From the NCBI GenBank assembly GCA_048270425.1, contig JBLWSY010000007.1, positions 63,442 through 127,441 of the forward strand: a DNA stretch of 64,000 nucleotides, read 5' to 3'. Positions 1 through 8,794 of the stretch are shown one piece after another. The translations under genes and the position numbers were made by a program. The DNA is from Oceanospirillum sp. (GTDB lineage: Bacteria > Pseudomonadota > Gammaproteobacteria > Pseudomonadales > Halomonadaceae). Below the pieces are notes generated by a model. That model saw nothing but the letters and a program-made list of their open reading frames with translations. It was not told the origin of the DNA and did no database searches. Position 1 is the stretch's first letter; every line of letters starts with the position of its first letter.

Positions 1-124
1 ACGAAAATGATAAGTACTTTGCCTAGTATTTATCTGGGTAAATAAAGAAAGCCTACTACTACTGAAAGTAATAAAGAGAACACCGATAATCCTGAAGAAT
101 AGCTATCTGGCTATAGATGGATTC

Positions 125-397
125 TTAGAGCAACTCGCTATGACTACCAATTCTGGCGAGTTGTAACCTTCCATCTTTCACCCGATAGATCAGCAGTAAG
201 TCCGGTTTGATATGGCAGTCTCTGAAACTGAGCCAGTTTCCGGTAAGCGCATGATCTGCATAACGGGCTTCGAGTATTTCTTCCCGCTGCAGTTTTGAGA
301 TGACATTCCCGACTTCAAGAATATCGGGAATGCTCAATTTGGTGACTTTTTTAAAATCCTTTTTGAACTGGTTCGAGTATTCAAGCTTGAGCATCAC
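125..397 (-). CDS. yafQ: Type II toxin, YafQ/RelE-fold mRNA interferase (90 aa)
   Basis: The C-terminal half (HALTGNW..RDCHIKPDLLLIY..IGSHSELL) resembles the YafQ-family signature. The ORF overlaps the upstream antitoxin ORF by 17 nt, in the classic antitoxin-then-toxin order. Confidence 0.8.
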   Translation of the reverse strand: MMLKLEYSNQFKKDFKKVTKLSIPDILEVGNVISKLQREEILEARYADHALTGNWLSFRDCHIKPDLLLIYRVKDGRLQLARIGSHSELL

Positions 398-665
398 CTA
401 CTTTCCCTTCCGTGAGTTCGTATAGCAGCTCATCCACTGAATCTGCGGTGTTTCCTCGTCCTTCATCCAGCTCTTTCATGGCTGCAAGTGTGGTTTTGTT
501 CGGCTGACGGGCTTTCAGCTCAAAGGGAATTCCACCGTGATTGATAACGGCTTTGGCGAAAAGCTTCAGTGCCTGTGAAGGGCTCAGACCAACCTCGTCA
601 CAAATATGGGTAAAGGCCACTTTGGTTTCGTGATCAATACGGGTGCTCAGCATTTCAGTTTTCAT
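381..665 (-). CDS. dinJ: Type II antitoxin, RelB/DinJ family
   Basis: The N-terminus LSTRIDHETKVAF..GLSPSQALKLF..GGIPFEL resembles DinJ/RelB ribbon-helix-helix antitoxins. The ATG at 665 is preferred; the ORF track start at 677 is a TTG. Confidence 0.75.
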   Translation of the reverse strand: MKTEMLSTRIDHETKVAFTHICDEVGLSPSQALKLFAKAVINHGGIPFELKARQPNKTTLAAMKELDEGRGNTADSVDELLYELTEGKVGDAQA

Positions 666-830
666 GGTGTGTTCCAAATGTATTGCAATGTTTTACATAT
701 GCAGAAATTGTAGCACTTTTCTGACTAGGTGAATTCAGGAAATCTCACTAAACCTTTTCCGCTTTTTCTGTTCCAATAACTCTAACCCTGCAAGGAAACG
801 ACTGGGATAGCTAAAAGCCCCGGTCTGGCA

Positions 831-1772
831 ATGAGGTCTTTTATGAAACGCCGTGTTCTCGCTTTTCTGCTGTTGTTTATCACCTCCACCGCTTATGCGG
901 AGCTGAGGGATTACTCCCTGACGCGCTCTGATGGCTCGGACCTTCACTATTACCTGTCTGCGGGCACTGTGCCCAACACGGATACTTTACTGCTGATCCT
1001 GCAAGGTTCGGACTGCAACAGTGTGACCCGTATCGACTCTATCTTTACCGATTACCGTAACGTCTGGCCGGAGGCGGATCTGCTGCTGGTGGAGAAATAC
1101 GGTATTGATCGACAGTTGAGTTACAGCTCTGATGCTGAGCGCCAGGACTGTCCGGATGCGTACCTGAAAGGGGATAGCCCAAGGCAACGGGTTGCTGATA
1201 TCCGACAGGTGCTTGACCAGATACAGCAGAACAACCGCTACCCACGGCTCATTGTTCTTGGTGGCAGCGAGGGGGCGGTGATCGCCAATTTGTTGGCCAG
1301 TGAAAGAGACGTCAGCGCCAGCATCGCCTTTAATGGTGGTGGCCGCTGGTTTAAGGATGATGTACTGCACAGTATTCAGCTGGAATCCCCCAATCCCGAG
1401 GTTGCCAGAGAAGCGCTGGCCGGATTTGAAGGTTTTAGCCAGCATATTCTGAATAGTCCCCCGACGGATCTTATTGTCAGTGGGCATGCCTATGACTGGT
1501 GGCAGCAGATGTTGTCTCTTGATCAGCAGGCTGTATTGCAGCAGATTGAATCACCGGTGTTACTGATTCAGTCCGGGCAGGATCGTTCGGTTTCGCCGCA
1601 AAAACAGGCGCAGCTGGTCAATGAGTTAGAGGCGGCGGGCAAAGAGAATATCCATTATCTGACCTATGATGAGCTGGATCATCAGTTCAACAAGGCTGAC
1701 GGTTCCAGTGATCGGAAAAGAGTCGTGGCAGATATCCGTCAATGGCTGAGAGAGGTTTTAAAGGCTTCCTGA
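831..1772 (+). CDS. Secreted alpha/beta-fold hydrolase (313 aa)
   Basis: It has an N-terminal signal peptide (MKRRVLAFLLLFITSTAYA), a GGSEGA nucleophile-elbow-like motif, and C-terminal D..H residues. The family is not resolved. Confidence 0.6.
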   Translation: MRSFMKRRVLAFLLLFITSTAYAELRDYSLTRSDGSDLHYYLSAGTVPNTDTLLLILQGSDCNSVTRIDSIFTDYRNVWPEADLLLVEKYGIDRQLSYSSDAERQDCPDAYLKGDSPRQRVADIRQVLDQIQQNNRYPRLIVLGGSEGAVIANLLASERDVSASIAFNGGGRWFKDDVLHSIQLESPNPEVAREALAGFEGFSQHILNSPPTDLIVSGHAYDWWQQMLSLDQQAVLQQIESPVLLIQSGQDRSVSPQKQAQLVNELEAAGKENIHYLTYDELDHQFNKADGSSDRKRVVADIRQWLREVLKAS

Positions 1773-1895
1773 TAATGAGTTGTACCGATCATTTACGTTT
1801 GTATTCCTTTCTCCATTCTGGTTTTATCTGACACGTTTCCGGCGTTGGAGAGACTTCGGATCATGACTGTTTGATAACGATTTAGGGAAGAAGTT

Positions 1896-2261
1896 ATGCG
1901 TTTAATTGCCGTGTCTGTATTGGGTTTGGCTCTGGTGGGCTGCTCATCTTCGGGTTTTCGTCCTGAGCAGGAGGTTTCCATTAAGCCTTATGCAGACCGT
2001 ATTGAGGCTGCATGCCTCACTTCTGGTACCTTTGACAGAGGCCTAAGCGATAGTCTGGTGCAAAAAGCATGCAGCGCTTTAGCGATCACGTTTGCCGATA
2101 TCAATGAAAGCAACATGAAGTCCAAATTAAGCTCGACAGTTATTGAACTATGCAAAGAGAAATATCCAGAGCAGGAGACGGCCTGTATTGTTAGGGCTCA
2201 GGAAAATTATTACGAAAACAACGCAAATAAGATAATCCAAAACTTCCAAGCTAAACAGTAA
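1896..2261 (+). CDS. Hypothetical lipoprotein (121 aa)
   Basis: It has a signal peptide with the lipobox LALVGC. I recognise no family. Confidence 0.55.
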   Translation: MRLIAVSVLGLALVGCSSSGFRPEQEVSIKPYADRIEAACLTSGTFDRGLSDSLVQKACSALAITFADINESNMKSKLSSTVIELCKEKYPEQETACIVRAQENYYENNANKIIQNFQAKQ

Positions 2262-2272
2262 GGTTCATTGCC

Positions 2273-2301
2273 GAAGAAACGAAGGCCGTCTTCGTTTCTT
2301 C
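2273..2301 (+). terminator. Hairpin after the lipoprotein gene (12-bp perfect stem, 5-nt loop)
   Basis: GAAGAAACGAAG-gccgt-CTTCGTTTCTTC lies 12 nt after the stop codon. There is no clean U-tract. Confidence 0.5.
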
Positions 2302-2403
2302 AGGCCTACACCTCCCTTACTCGGGGCGATACCTTGTCCTGACAAATCCCTGTTTTTTCGTTAAACGATAGCCAAATCCTATCAACCCCATCGAAACTAT
2401 CGA

Positions 2404-2874
2404 GTGTCGCAAATAAGAAGCCTTATCAATAATACACCTGTATTCAATGATAGTTCCGGTTCACCGGACAAGGCGGGCGACATGAAAAAGGCACTGAATT
2501 TTGCGGCGATTCACTTCACGATTGCGTTCACCGTGGCGCTTCTGCTGACCGGTGACATCATCATCGGTAGTTTGATTGCTCTGCTGGAACCGGCTGTTAA
2601 TACGGTTGCTTTCTACTTCCACGAGAAGGTCTGGGGTCGTTTTCAGATGTTAAGGCTGGCGGCAACAGCCCGGATCAAAACCGGCAGTTTTGCCGTGGTT
2701 CACTTCGGTGTTGCCTTTACTGTGGGCTATCTGTTGTCCGGTGACTTTCTGGTGGGCGGTTTGGTTGCTGCTGTGGAGCCTTGTTTTAACACTGTGGCCT
2801 ACTACTTCTTTGAGCGTAACTGGCAGCGTAAATGTCGCCAGAGCCAACTTCAGGGCCCGGAACTGGCTTTCTGA
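2404..2874 (+). CDS. Membrane protein with two tandem DUF2061-like repeats
   Basis: There is an internal duplication: FAAIHFTIAFTVALLLTGD..EPAVNTVAFYFHEKVW and FAVVHFGVAFTVGYLLSGD..EPCFNTVAYYFFERNW. The start is uncertain (GTG 2404 or ATG 2482). Confidence 0.6.
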   Translation: MSQIRSLINNTPVFNDSSGSPDKAGDMKKALNFAAIHFTIAFTVALLLTGDIIIGSLIALLEPAVNTVAFYFHEKVWGRFQMLRLAATARIKTGSFAVVHFGVAFTVGYLLSGDFLVGGLVAAVEPCFNTVAYYFFERNWQRKCRQSQLQGPELAF

Positions 2875-2924
2875 TTGCTCGGCTTTGACCCTTTCTTTCC
2901 ATCTCCCTCGGTTTGTTTTGGCGC

Positions 2925-2958
2925 ACCCTAAGCGAGCATTTCTGGTCTCGCTTAGGGT
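2925..2958. repeat. 12-bp perfect-stem hairpin between convergent genes (probable bidirectional terminator or REP-like element)
   Basis: The sequence is ACCCTAAGCGAG-catttctggt-CTCGCTTAGGGT. There is no U-tract on either strand. Confidence 0.45.
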
Positions 2959-3004
2959 ATCTACTGGTAGGTAGAATTTGCCGAATAAACCGCTTTTCAA
3001 TGTC

Positions 3005-3472
3005 TTACTGATAGACGGCCTTACTGAAGGCTTCCGCTTCTTCTGTGACTGATTTTGGTGCGGCATTGCGCTCTTCCGGCAGGTCGCTCAGGTATTGCAC
3101 AAACTCGATTTCGTATCCATCCGGGTCGATAAAGTAGACATTGCGTCGATGGGGTTCATCAGCACCATCTTTACTGATCCCGAAACCAGCCTCTGCTAAC
3201 CGTGTAATGACGGCATCAATATTGGAGGTCACAAAGGCGATATGTGCCAGCCCCAGTTCGTGCCCGGTCAGATCCCGATTGTGGCCGGTGCCGGAGTCAT
3301 TCAGCGCCAGATACTGATAATCATCGCCGTAGTGCAGCCAGTTTCTGACCTTGCCATACCAGTTACTTTCGCCTTTAGCGCGTACCTTCCATTGGGGAAA
3401 TGCTGCCCGATAAAACTTCAGTGATGCCACTAAATCGCTAACAACCAAGTTGACGTGTTCTAAGTGAATCAT
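3005..3472 (-). CDS. VOC (glyoxalase/bleomycin-resistance/dioxygenase) family protein (155 aa)
   Basis: The N-terminus MIHLEHVNLVVSDLVASLKFY plus H..E metal-ligand spacing (HIAF..., YEIEF) is typical of VOC-fold proteins. Confidence 0.75.
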   Translation of the reverse strand: MIHLEHVNLVVSDLVASLKFYRAAFPQWKVRAKGESNWYGKVRNWLHYGDDYQYLALNDSGTGHNRDLTGHELGLAHIAFVTSNIDAVITRLAEAGFGISKDGADEPHRRNVYFIDPDGYEIEFVQYLSDLPEERNAAPKSVTEEAEAFSKAVYQ

Positions 3473-3518
3473 CTTCTGCTTCCTTCTTTTGATCTGTCTT
3501 GTTTTGTAGAATGAGTGC

Positions 3519-3549
3519 AGCTTAAAACCTCAAGCTAGGTTGAGGTAAA
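3519..3549 (-). promoter_or_regulatory. SoxR-dependent promoter with a SoxR box (CCTCAA-N6-TTGAGG) in a 19-bp spacer
   Basis: The minus strand reads TTTACC-TCAACCTAGCTTGAGGTTT-TAAGCT. This is the layout of the E. coli soxS promoter, which has an overlong spacer containing CCTCAAGTTAACTTGAGG. It lies about 47 nt upstream of the VOC gene ATG. Confidence 0.75.
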
Positions 3550-3665
3550 GACCCTGTTTCAACTTTTTTCCTTTTAGTTTTCGGTTTGCGCTTGAGGTTG
3601 AAGCTGACGTTGTGTGGTAGCTGCAGGGGGGCGTTACAGAGGAAAAAGCAACAGGAGGAATCAAC

Positions 3666-4121
3666 ATGGCGACTCGGGATAACTGGTCGGTAGGACGGGT
3701 GGCAGAGCGCTCCGGGGTTAAGGTCAGTACGCTGCATTTTTATGAGCAGCGCGGGCTGATCTCAAGTCATCGCAACCCCGGCAATCAGCGACGATACACA
3801 CCGGATGTACTGCGCCGTATCTCTGTGATTAAGGCGGCGCAAAAGCTGGGCATCACCTTAAGTGAGATCGAGCAGGCGTTTTCGACACTGCCGGATAACC
3901 GCACCCCAACCCAGGAGGACTGGGAGCGACTCTCCGCCGGTTGGCAGGAGAAACTCGACCAGCGTATTCGCTATCTGGAACGTCTGCGGGATCACATGAC
4001 AGGCTGTATTGGTTGCGGCTGCCTCTCGATGAAAAGCTGTCCGTTGTACAATGCCGGGGATGAGTTAGCCTCAGAAGGAGCAGGGCCTGTGATTCTGGAT
4101 CGCAACGGTGTTCCCGATTGA
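3666..4121 (+). CDS. soxR: Redox-sensitive transcriptional activator SoxR (MerR family)
   Basis: It has a MerR-type HTH (VGRVAERSGVKVSTLHFYEQRGLI) and the C-terminal [2Fe-2S] motif CIGCGCLSMKSCPLYN. Confidence 0.9.
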   Translation: MATRDNWSVGRVAERSGVKVSTLHFYEQRGLISSHRNPGNQRRYTPDVLRRISVIKAAQKLGITLSEIEQAFSTLPDNRTPTQEDWERLSAGWQEKLDQRIRYLERLRDHMTGCIGCGCLSMKSCPLYNAGDELASEGAGPVILDRNGVPD

Positions 4122-4158
4122 GTTAGGTGTTAACGCGTCGACATTAATAAGGTAAAGG

Positions 4159-4776
4159 GTGAAAAAAATGCAGGCCATTGAGCAGGTTTTAAGTTTTATT
4201 GTTGAGATTGAAAAACTGAAAGACGTTTACCGCAAAACAAAACCTGTGGGGCTGGATCGGTTTGAGAACTCTGCCGAACACAGCTGGCATGTCTGCCTGT
4301 CGGCGCTGATGCTGAAAGAGTTTGCTAATGAACCGGTGAACATCGACCGGGTGATCAAGATGCTGCTGATTCATGATCTGGGTGAGATCGATGCGGGAGA
4401 TACCATTATCTACGCCAGCGAAACGCCTGAGCTGAAAGATGAAGAAGCCGAAGGCGTTGCCCGTCTGTTAGCGCTTTTGCCAGAAGGGCAGGGGGACGAA
4501 TATATGCAGCTCTGGTATGAATTTGAAGCCGGCGAAACTCCCGATGCCCGCTACGCCAAGGCGATAGATCGGGTGCCGCCTTTGCTGCATAACCTGCACG
4601 GCAAGGGTGAGAATCACGGCCACAGCTGGCGCACGCACAATATCAGTCGTGAGCAGGTTCTGGGGCTGAATTCCCGAATCGACAAGGGCAGTAGCGAACT
4701 CTGGCAAACCCTGAAAGGTCAGCTGGAAGAGGCCTTTGATGCCGGTATTCTCAATAGTGATATGAATACACAATAA
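4159..4776 (+). CDS. HD-domain phosphohydrolase (YfbR-like 5'-nucleotidase fold)
   Basis: It carries the motifs ENSAEHSWHV and LIHDLGEIDAGD. It starts 37 nt after soxR, so it is probably co-transcribed. Confidence 0.7.
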   Translation: MKKMQAIEQVLSFIVEIEKLKDVYRKTKPVGLDRFENSAEHSWHVCLSALMLKEFANEPVNIDRVIKMLLIHDLGEIDAGDTIIYASETPELKDEEAEGVARLLALLPEGQGDEYMQLWYEFEAGETPDARYAKAIDRVPPLLHNLHGKGENHGHSWRTHNISREQVLGLNSRIDKGSSELWQTLKGQLEEAFDAGILNSDMNTQ

Positions 4777-4899
4777 ATTGCCACAACGAATCATAAGAGA
4801 GTCCTTTACGAACACCTGAATCGAGTTTGTGCTCATTTTCACAGCCCTGTCAGGATCTTTCCGTTACAATTCGCCTTTTTCGTTAGGGATGCCCTGATT

Positions 4900-5742
4900 A
4901 TGCTGCGTGCTCTGGATGAGTATCTGATTAATCCTCCGGCTCAACCTCACTTGCGGGGGGTTAAGCGCTTTACGGTCGAATTTCTCTTTTTTGGTGTTAA
5001 AGAAGCGCGGGCCTGTCTGTTTGCCGGCCTCTTTTTTCTTTCCGTGATGCTGGTACCCAAGGCGGGCCTGCTGGGTATTCCCCGTTACGATGCGCTGCTT
5101 GTGATTGCGCTTTTGATTCAGGGTTGGATGCTCTGGACCGGTCTGGAAACCTGGGATGAGGTTAAAGCGATCAGTGTTTTCCACGTGGTGGGTTTTGCGT
5201 TGGAAGTGTTTAAAACATCTGGTGAGATTCAATCCTGGAGTTACCCGGATTTCGCTTACACCAAGCTCTTTGGTGTACCGCTCTTTTCGGGGTTTATGTA
5301 TGCCGCTGTGGGCAGTTATATCATTCAGGCGTGGCGGCTTTTTGATCTGAAAATTATTCACCACCCGCCCTACTGGATGGCGACGCTGGTGGCACTGCTG
5401 ATCTACGTGAACTTTTTTACCCATCACTACATTGATGATTACCGCTGGTATCTGGGGGCGGTTTGTTTGGGTCTTTATGCCCGCAGTCAGGTGATTTTCC
5501 GGCCTTTTGATACCGATCGTAAAATGCCTTTACTGGTGTCATTTGTGCTGATCGCTTTCTTCATCTGGGTTGCGGAAAACATCAGTACCTTATTAGGGAT
5601 CTGGAAGTACCCGGATCAATTAGATACCTGGACTCTGGTCCATATTGGTAAGTGGAGTTCCTGGTCTTTGCTGGTGATCATGACCTTTACTATTGTCGCC
5701 AATCTGAAGCACATCAAAAGGTCGATTTCGATTCCTGACTGA
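4900..5742 (+). CDS. Integral membrane protein, DUF817-like (280 aa)
   Basis: It is multi-TM, and GVKEARACLFAG...GLETWDEVK..FHVVGFALEVFKT resembles DUF817 family members from memory. Confidence 0.55.
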   Translation: MLRALDEYLINPPAQPHLRGVKRFTVEFLFFGVKEARACLFAGLFFLSVMLVPKAGLLGIPRYDALLVIALLIQGWMLWTGLETWDEVKAISVFHVVGFALEVFKTSGEIQSWSYPDFAYTKLFGVPLFSGFMYAAVGSYIIQAWRLFDLKIIHHPPYWMATLVALLIYVNFFTHHYIDDYRWYLGAVCLGLYARSQVIFRPFDTDRKMPLLVSFVLIAFFIWVAENISTLLGIWKYPDQLDTWTLVHIGKWSSWSLLVIMTFTIVANLKHIKRSISIPD

Positions 5743-5854
5743 GCTTTTCGTTGGTAGATAAAAACACATTGTTTTTAGGGAATGCACCGTTTTATGTGTG
5801 GTTGCGTAGAAAAAAATAGCTGTTTTTTTCACTGCCAGGAGAGCTTTTTCCCCT

Positions 5855-6445
5855 ATGGATATTTTGCGTAAACTCAGTAAGCCGTTTTCTACCAAAGCTC
5901 TGCTTAGTACATGGATACTGAGTATGTTGCTGCTGACGGCCTGTACCGGTGTGCCGGAAAAAGTCACTCCGGTATCGGGTTTTGAGCTGGATCGTTATCT
6001 GGGCAAATGGTACGAGATCGCACGTTTGGATCATTCTTTTGAGCGTGGTCTGAGCCATATCAGCGCTAACTATTCACTTCGGGATGATGGCGGAGTCCGA
6101 GTGATCAATCAGGGGTTTAACACCGAAGAAGGGACCTGGCGTCAGGCTGAGGGTAAAGCCTACTTTGTTGAATCTGCTGATCAGGGGTATCTGAAAGTCT
6201 CTTTCTTTGGCCCGTTTTACGGTTCGTATATCGTGTTTGAACTGGACCAGGAAAACTATCAATACGCCTTCATCTCAGGGCCGGATACGGATTATCTTTG
6301 GTTATTGTCCCGTACCCCAGATGTATCAGAAGCCCTGAAGCAGCGTTTTATCGCCGAGGCTGAAAAGCGCGGCTTTGATACATCAAAACTTATCTTTCCG
6401 GATCAGCGAGCGGAAACCAAGCCTGCAGGTGAGCCAAAGTTTTAA
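5855..6445 (+). CDS. blc: Outer-membrane lipocalin Blc
   Basis: It has the lipobox LLLTAC and the lipocalin signature LDRYLGKWYEIARLDHSFERG. Confidence 0.85.
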   Translation: MDILRKLSKPFSTKALLSTWILSMLLLTACTGVPEKVTPVSGFELDRYLGKWYEIARLDHSFERGLSHISANYSLRDDGGVRVINQGFNTEEGTWRQAEGKAYFVESADQGYLKVSFFGPFYGSYIVFELDQENYQYAFISGPDTDYLWLLSRTPDVSEALKQRFIAEAEKRGFDTSKLIFPDQRAETKPAGEPKF

Positions 6446-6473
6446 TCTGATATTCCGATAAAAGGATGCCTCT

Positions 6474-6707
6474 ATGGGTTACTCAACCCCTAACAATCAG
6501 ATCAATCCCCGCAAGTTGCTGCACAGTAAATGGACGGCGGTTGATCCTCTTGATCGGGAAAAGCATTTTCTGGTGACGGAGGTAGAGTTTGATGAAGAGG
6601 GCGTGGCTGTACATTGTGCGCTGGAGGCCGTGATCTCTCATAAGCTTTATCCCGTCAATTGGCGGGATCTGAAGGATGCCAGCCGATGGAAGCAGGGCTG
6701 GAAATAG
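6474..6707 (+). CDS. Small Trp-rich conserved protein (TIGR02450-like, 77 aa)
   Basis: KLLHSKWTAV.P..REKHFLVTEV resembles the TIGR02450 family from memory. Confidence 0.55.
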   Translation: MGYSTPNNQINPRKLLHSKWTAVDPLDREKHFLVTEVEFDEEGVAVHCALEAVISHKLYPVNWRDLKDASRWKQGWK

Positions 6708-6721
6708 TTTTCAGTGATTGA

Positions 6722-6748
6722 GGGGGGGCATAAGCCCCCCCTGATTTT
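6722..6748 (+). terminator. Rho-independent terminator
   Basis: GGGGGGGC-ataa-GCCCCCCC is followed by TGATTTTG. Confidence 0.8.
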
Positions 6749-6992
6749 GCTATCGGGTTGTTTCAGATAGCCTTTTAATCCGGTCTTAATTCCAGCCTTT
6801 TCTACTTTTCCTGCCGTGAGTCGTGGTCAGATCTGACATTAGGAACACAATAAAATCTTAATTTAAGAATCTTCTTATTTAGAATTTTTTTGTCTTCGTG
6901 TAAGCTCTTATGCATTAAAAGAATATTCTTATATCTATAGGTTTTATGTGATGCCGTTTTCATAACGGTCAGCATAATGCAGGAGTAAACTG

Positions 6993-7571
6993 ATGAAAAA
7001 ATCTCTCACACTTTCAGCGTTGGTATTGGCTCTGAGCAGTCCTATGATGGCACAGGCCGAAACTCAAAGCCCTGAACAGCTTAAAGCTGAAGCCAAAACC
7101 GTGATTCAGACGCTGGCAAAAAACCTGATGGGCGAATTAAAAAGCGCCGCGCAGGAAGGTGGCTTACCTGCTGCGATTGAAGTTTGTAATACCAAGGCTT
7201 TACCGCTGACCGATGATGTTTCCGGAATGAAAGGTTGGCAGATCAGCCGTACCAGTCTTCGGTTGCGTAATCCGCAGAATGCTCCGGATGCCTGGGAGCG
7301 AAAAGTGCTGGAACAGTTTGCGACACAGGCTGAGCAGGGCACAGACCTTAAAAAACTGGCTTATGCGGAAGTGATAACCGCTGATAATGGCGAGAAAACT
7401 ATGCGTCTGATGAAAGCGATTCCTGTCGCAGAACAGTGTCTGGCCTGTCACGGCAGTAATCTTAAGCCAGAAGTCAGCGCACGCCTGAATGAGCTCTACC
7501 CTCACGACAACGCCACTGGCTTTCAGGCGGGTGATCTCCGTGGTGCCTTCTCTCTGGAAAAACAGCTTTAA
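6993..7571 (+). CDS. Periplasmic c-type haem protein, DUF3365 (Tll0287-like) domain
   Basis: It has a signal peptide, a CLACH haem-binding motif, and DUF3365-like NPQNAPDAWE..VL..F. Confidence 0.7.
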   Translation: MKKSLTLSALVLALSSPMMAQAETQSPEQLKAEAKTVIQTLAKNLMGELKSAAQEGGLPAAIEVCNTKALPLTDDVSGMKGWQISRTSLRLRNPQNAPDAWERKVLEQFATQAEQGTDLKKLAYAEVITADNGEKTMRLMKAIPVAEQCLACHGSNLKPEVSARLNELYPHDNATGFQAGDLRGAFSLEKQL

Positions 7572-7617
7572 ATACACTGTCATATCCAGCAAGCAGATGT
7601 CGCTTGTTGATGAGAAT

Positions 7618-7647
7618 AAAGACCGGTGCTGAGCCGGTCTTTTTTTT
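7618..7647. terminator. Rho-independent terminator between convergent genes
   Basis: AAAGACCGG-tgctgag-CCGGTCTTTTTTTT is A-rich on the left, so it is plausibly bidirectional. Confidence 0.8.
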
Positions 7648-7675
7648 GCCTGATCTTTCTTCCTGCGATTGATTT

Positions 7676-8629
7676 TTACTGCTGCCGACGACCGGCAAGG
7701 TAGCTGGCCATCAGAATCAGGCCTCCGCCGAGCAGCTGTATCCCGCTCAGACTTTCCCCCAGCCAGACGATGGCAAAGAGTGCACCAAAGGCAGGTTCTG
7801 ATCCGGTAAGCAGGGCAACCCGTGAGGAACTGGTATGGCGTACGCCGTAGTTCTGGGCAAACAGCGCAAACAGGGTGCAGAAGAAGGCCAGATAAAATGC
7901 CGCCAGCCAGAACGCCACTGACTGAGGCAGCAGCTGGGCAACCGGGTAATCGCTGCAGGCAAAAATAATCAGCGCTCCCACCGCCACCACATTGGACTGA
8001 ATGCTGGTGGTACTGATTGCTGACAGCGTGCTGTTTTTCGACAGGCGTTCAGTGGTCACTACCATAATCGCCCGCAGCAGGGCCGCCAGAAGAATCAGCT
8101 GATCACCCAGGTTTAAGCTGAATCCGCTATCAGCTGTCGCTGTCTGCCCGGTTTGAGTCAGCAGGAAGACGCCAAAAAGCGATAATAGCGCACAGCCAAG
8201 GATCAGTGGTTCCGGCCGCTGACGTTTCATAAGAGCTTCGACAAAGGGTGTCATCAGCACACACAGGCTGATGAGGAAGGCCGCCCGTGAGGCGCTGGTA
8301 TGAAAGATACCGTAGGTTTCCGCCAGAAAGATCATCAGCAGGATGATGCCTGTGGGCAGTGCCCGATAGAAATCCCCGGTTTTGCCCTGTCGCATCTCCC
8401 GCAAAAACAGCGGCAGCAGCATCACAGAGGTCAGGCAGAAGCGGATCGCGATAAACGCCAGCGCGCTGGTAAACAGCAGGGCTTCTTTGGTGACGCCATA
8501 ACTGGTGCCCCAGAAAAACGCCACCAGCAGCAAAGACAGTTCCGGAACCGGAAGGCGGTTTTGATAGTGCAAAAGGGATTGCCGGGTCAGTGGCAGACCA
8601 AAAAGTGAACGGGTGCTTTCAGTTTGCAT
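7676..8629 (-). CDS. DMT-superfamily (EamA-like) transporter
   Basis: It has about 10 TM segments and a duplicated EamA-type repeat. The ATG at 8629 is preferred; the ORF is open up to 8737. Confidence 0.75.
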   Translation of the reverse strand: MQTESTRSLFGLPLTRQSLLHYQNRLPVPELSLLLVAFFWGTSYGVTKEALLFTSALAFIAIRFCLTSVMLLPLFLREMRQGKTGDFYRALPTGIILLMIFLAETYGIFHTSASRAAFLISLCVLMTPFVEALMKRQRPEPLILGCALLSLFGVFLLTQTGQTATADSGFSLNLGDQLILLAALLRAIMVVTTERLSKNSTLSAISTTSIQSNVVAVGALIIFACSDYPVAQLLPQSVAFWLAAFYLAFFCTLFALFAQNYGVRHTSSSRVALLTGSEPAFGALFAIVWLGESLSGIQLLGGGLILMASYLAGRRQQ

Positions 8630-8794
8630 GTGGAGCCTGTTTAAGATGAGTGCTGTAGACCTTAAGGCCTGCAGCGGAGTGTTCCTGTCTTTGCAATCAG
8701 ACGTGATAAACAGCGCTGTTTGTTTATAGGTGTGCATGCTAACTTCAAAGCATTGGTGTGATAATCGTGCTTTAACTCATAAGACTTGTGACTC

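Noticed and set aside
4864-5427. A 187-aa minus-strand ORF overlapping the DUF817 membrane-protein gene.
   Set aside because: The plus-strand frame encodes a coherent multi-TM protein. The antisense product is basic and low-complexity with no signals.
8630-8737. A 36-codon upstream extension of the DMT/EamA transporter.
   Set aside because: No SD precedes the ATG at 8737, and the extension is non-hydrophobic. The shorter form gives a typical EamA length. This remains uncertain, so I kept it as a note.
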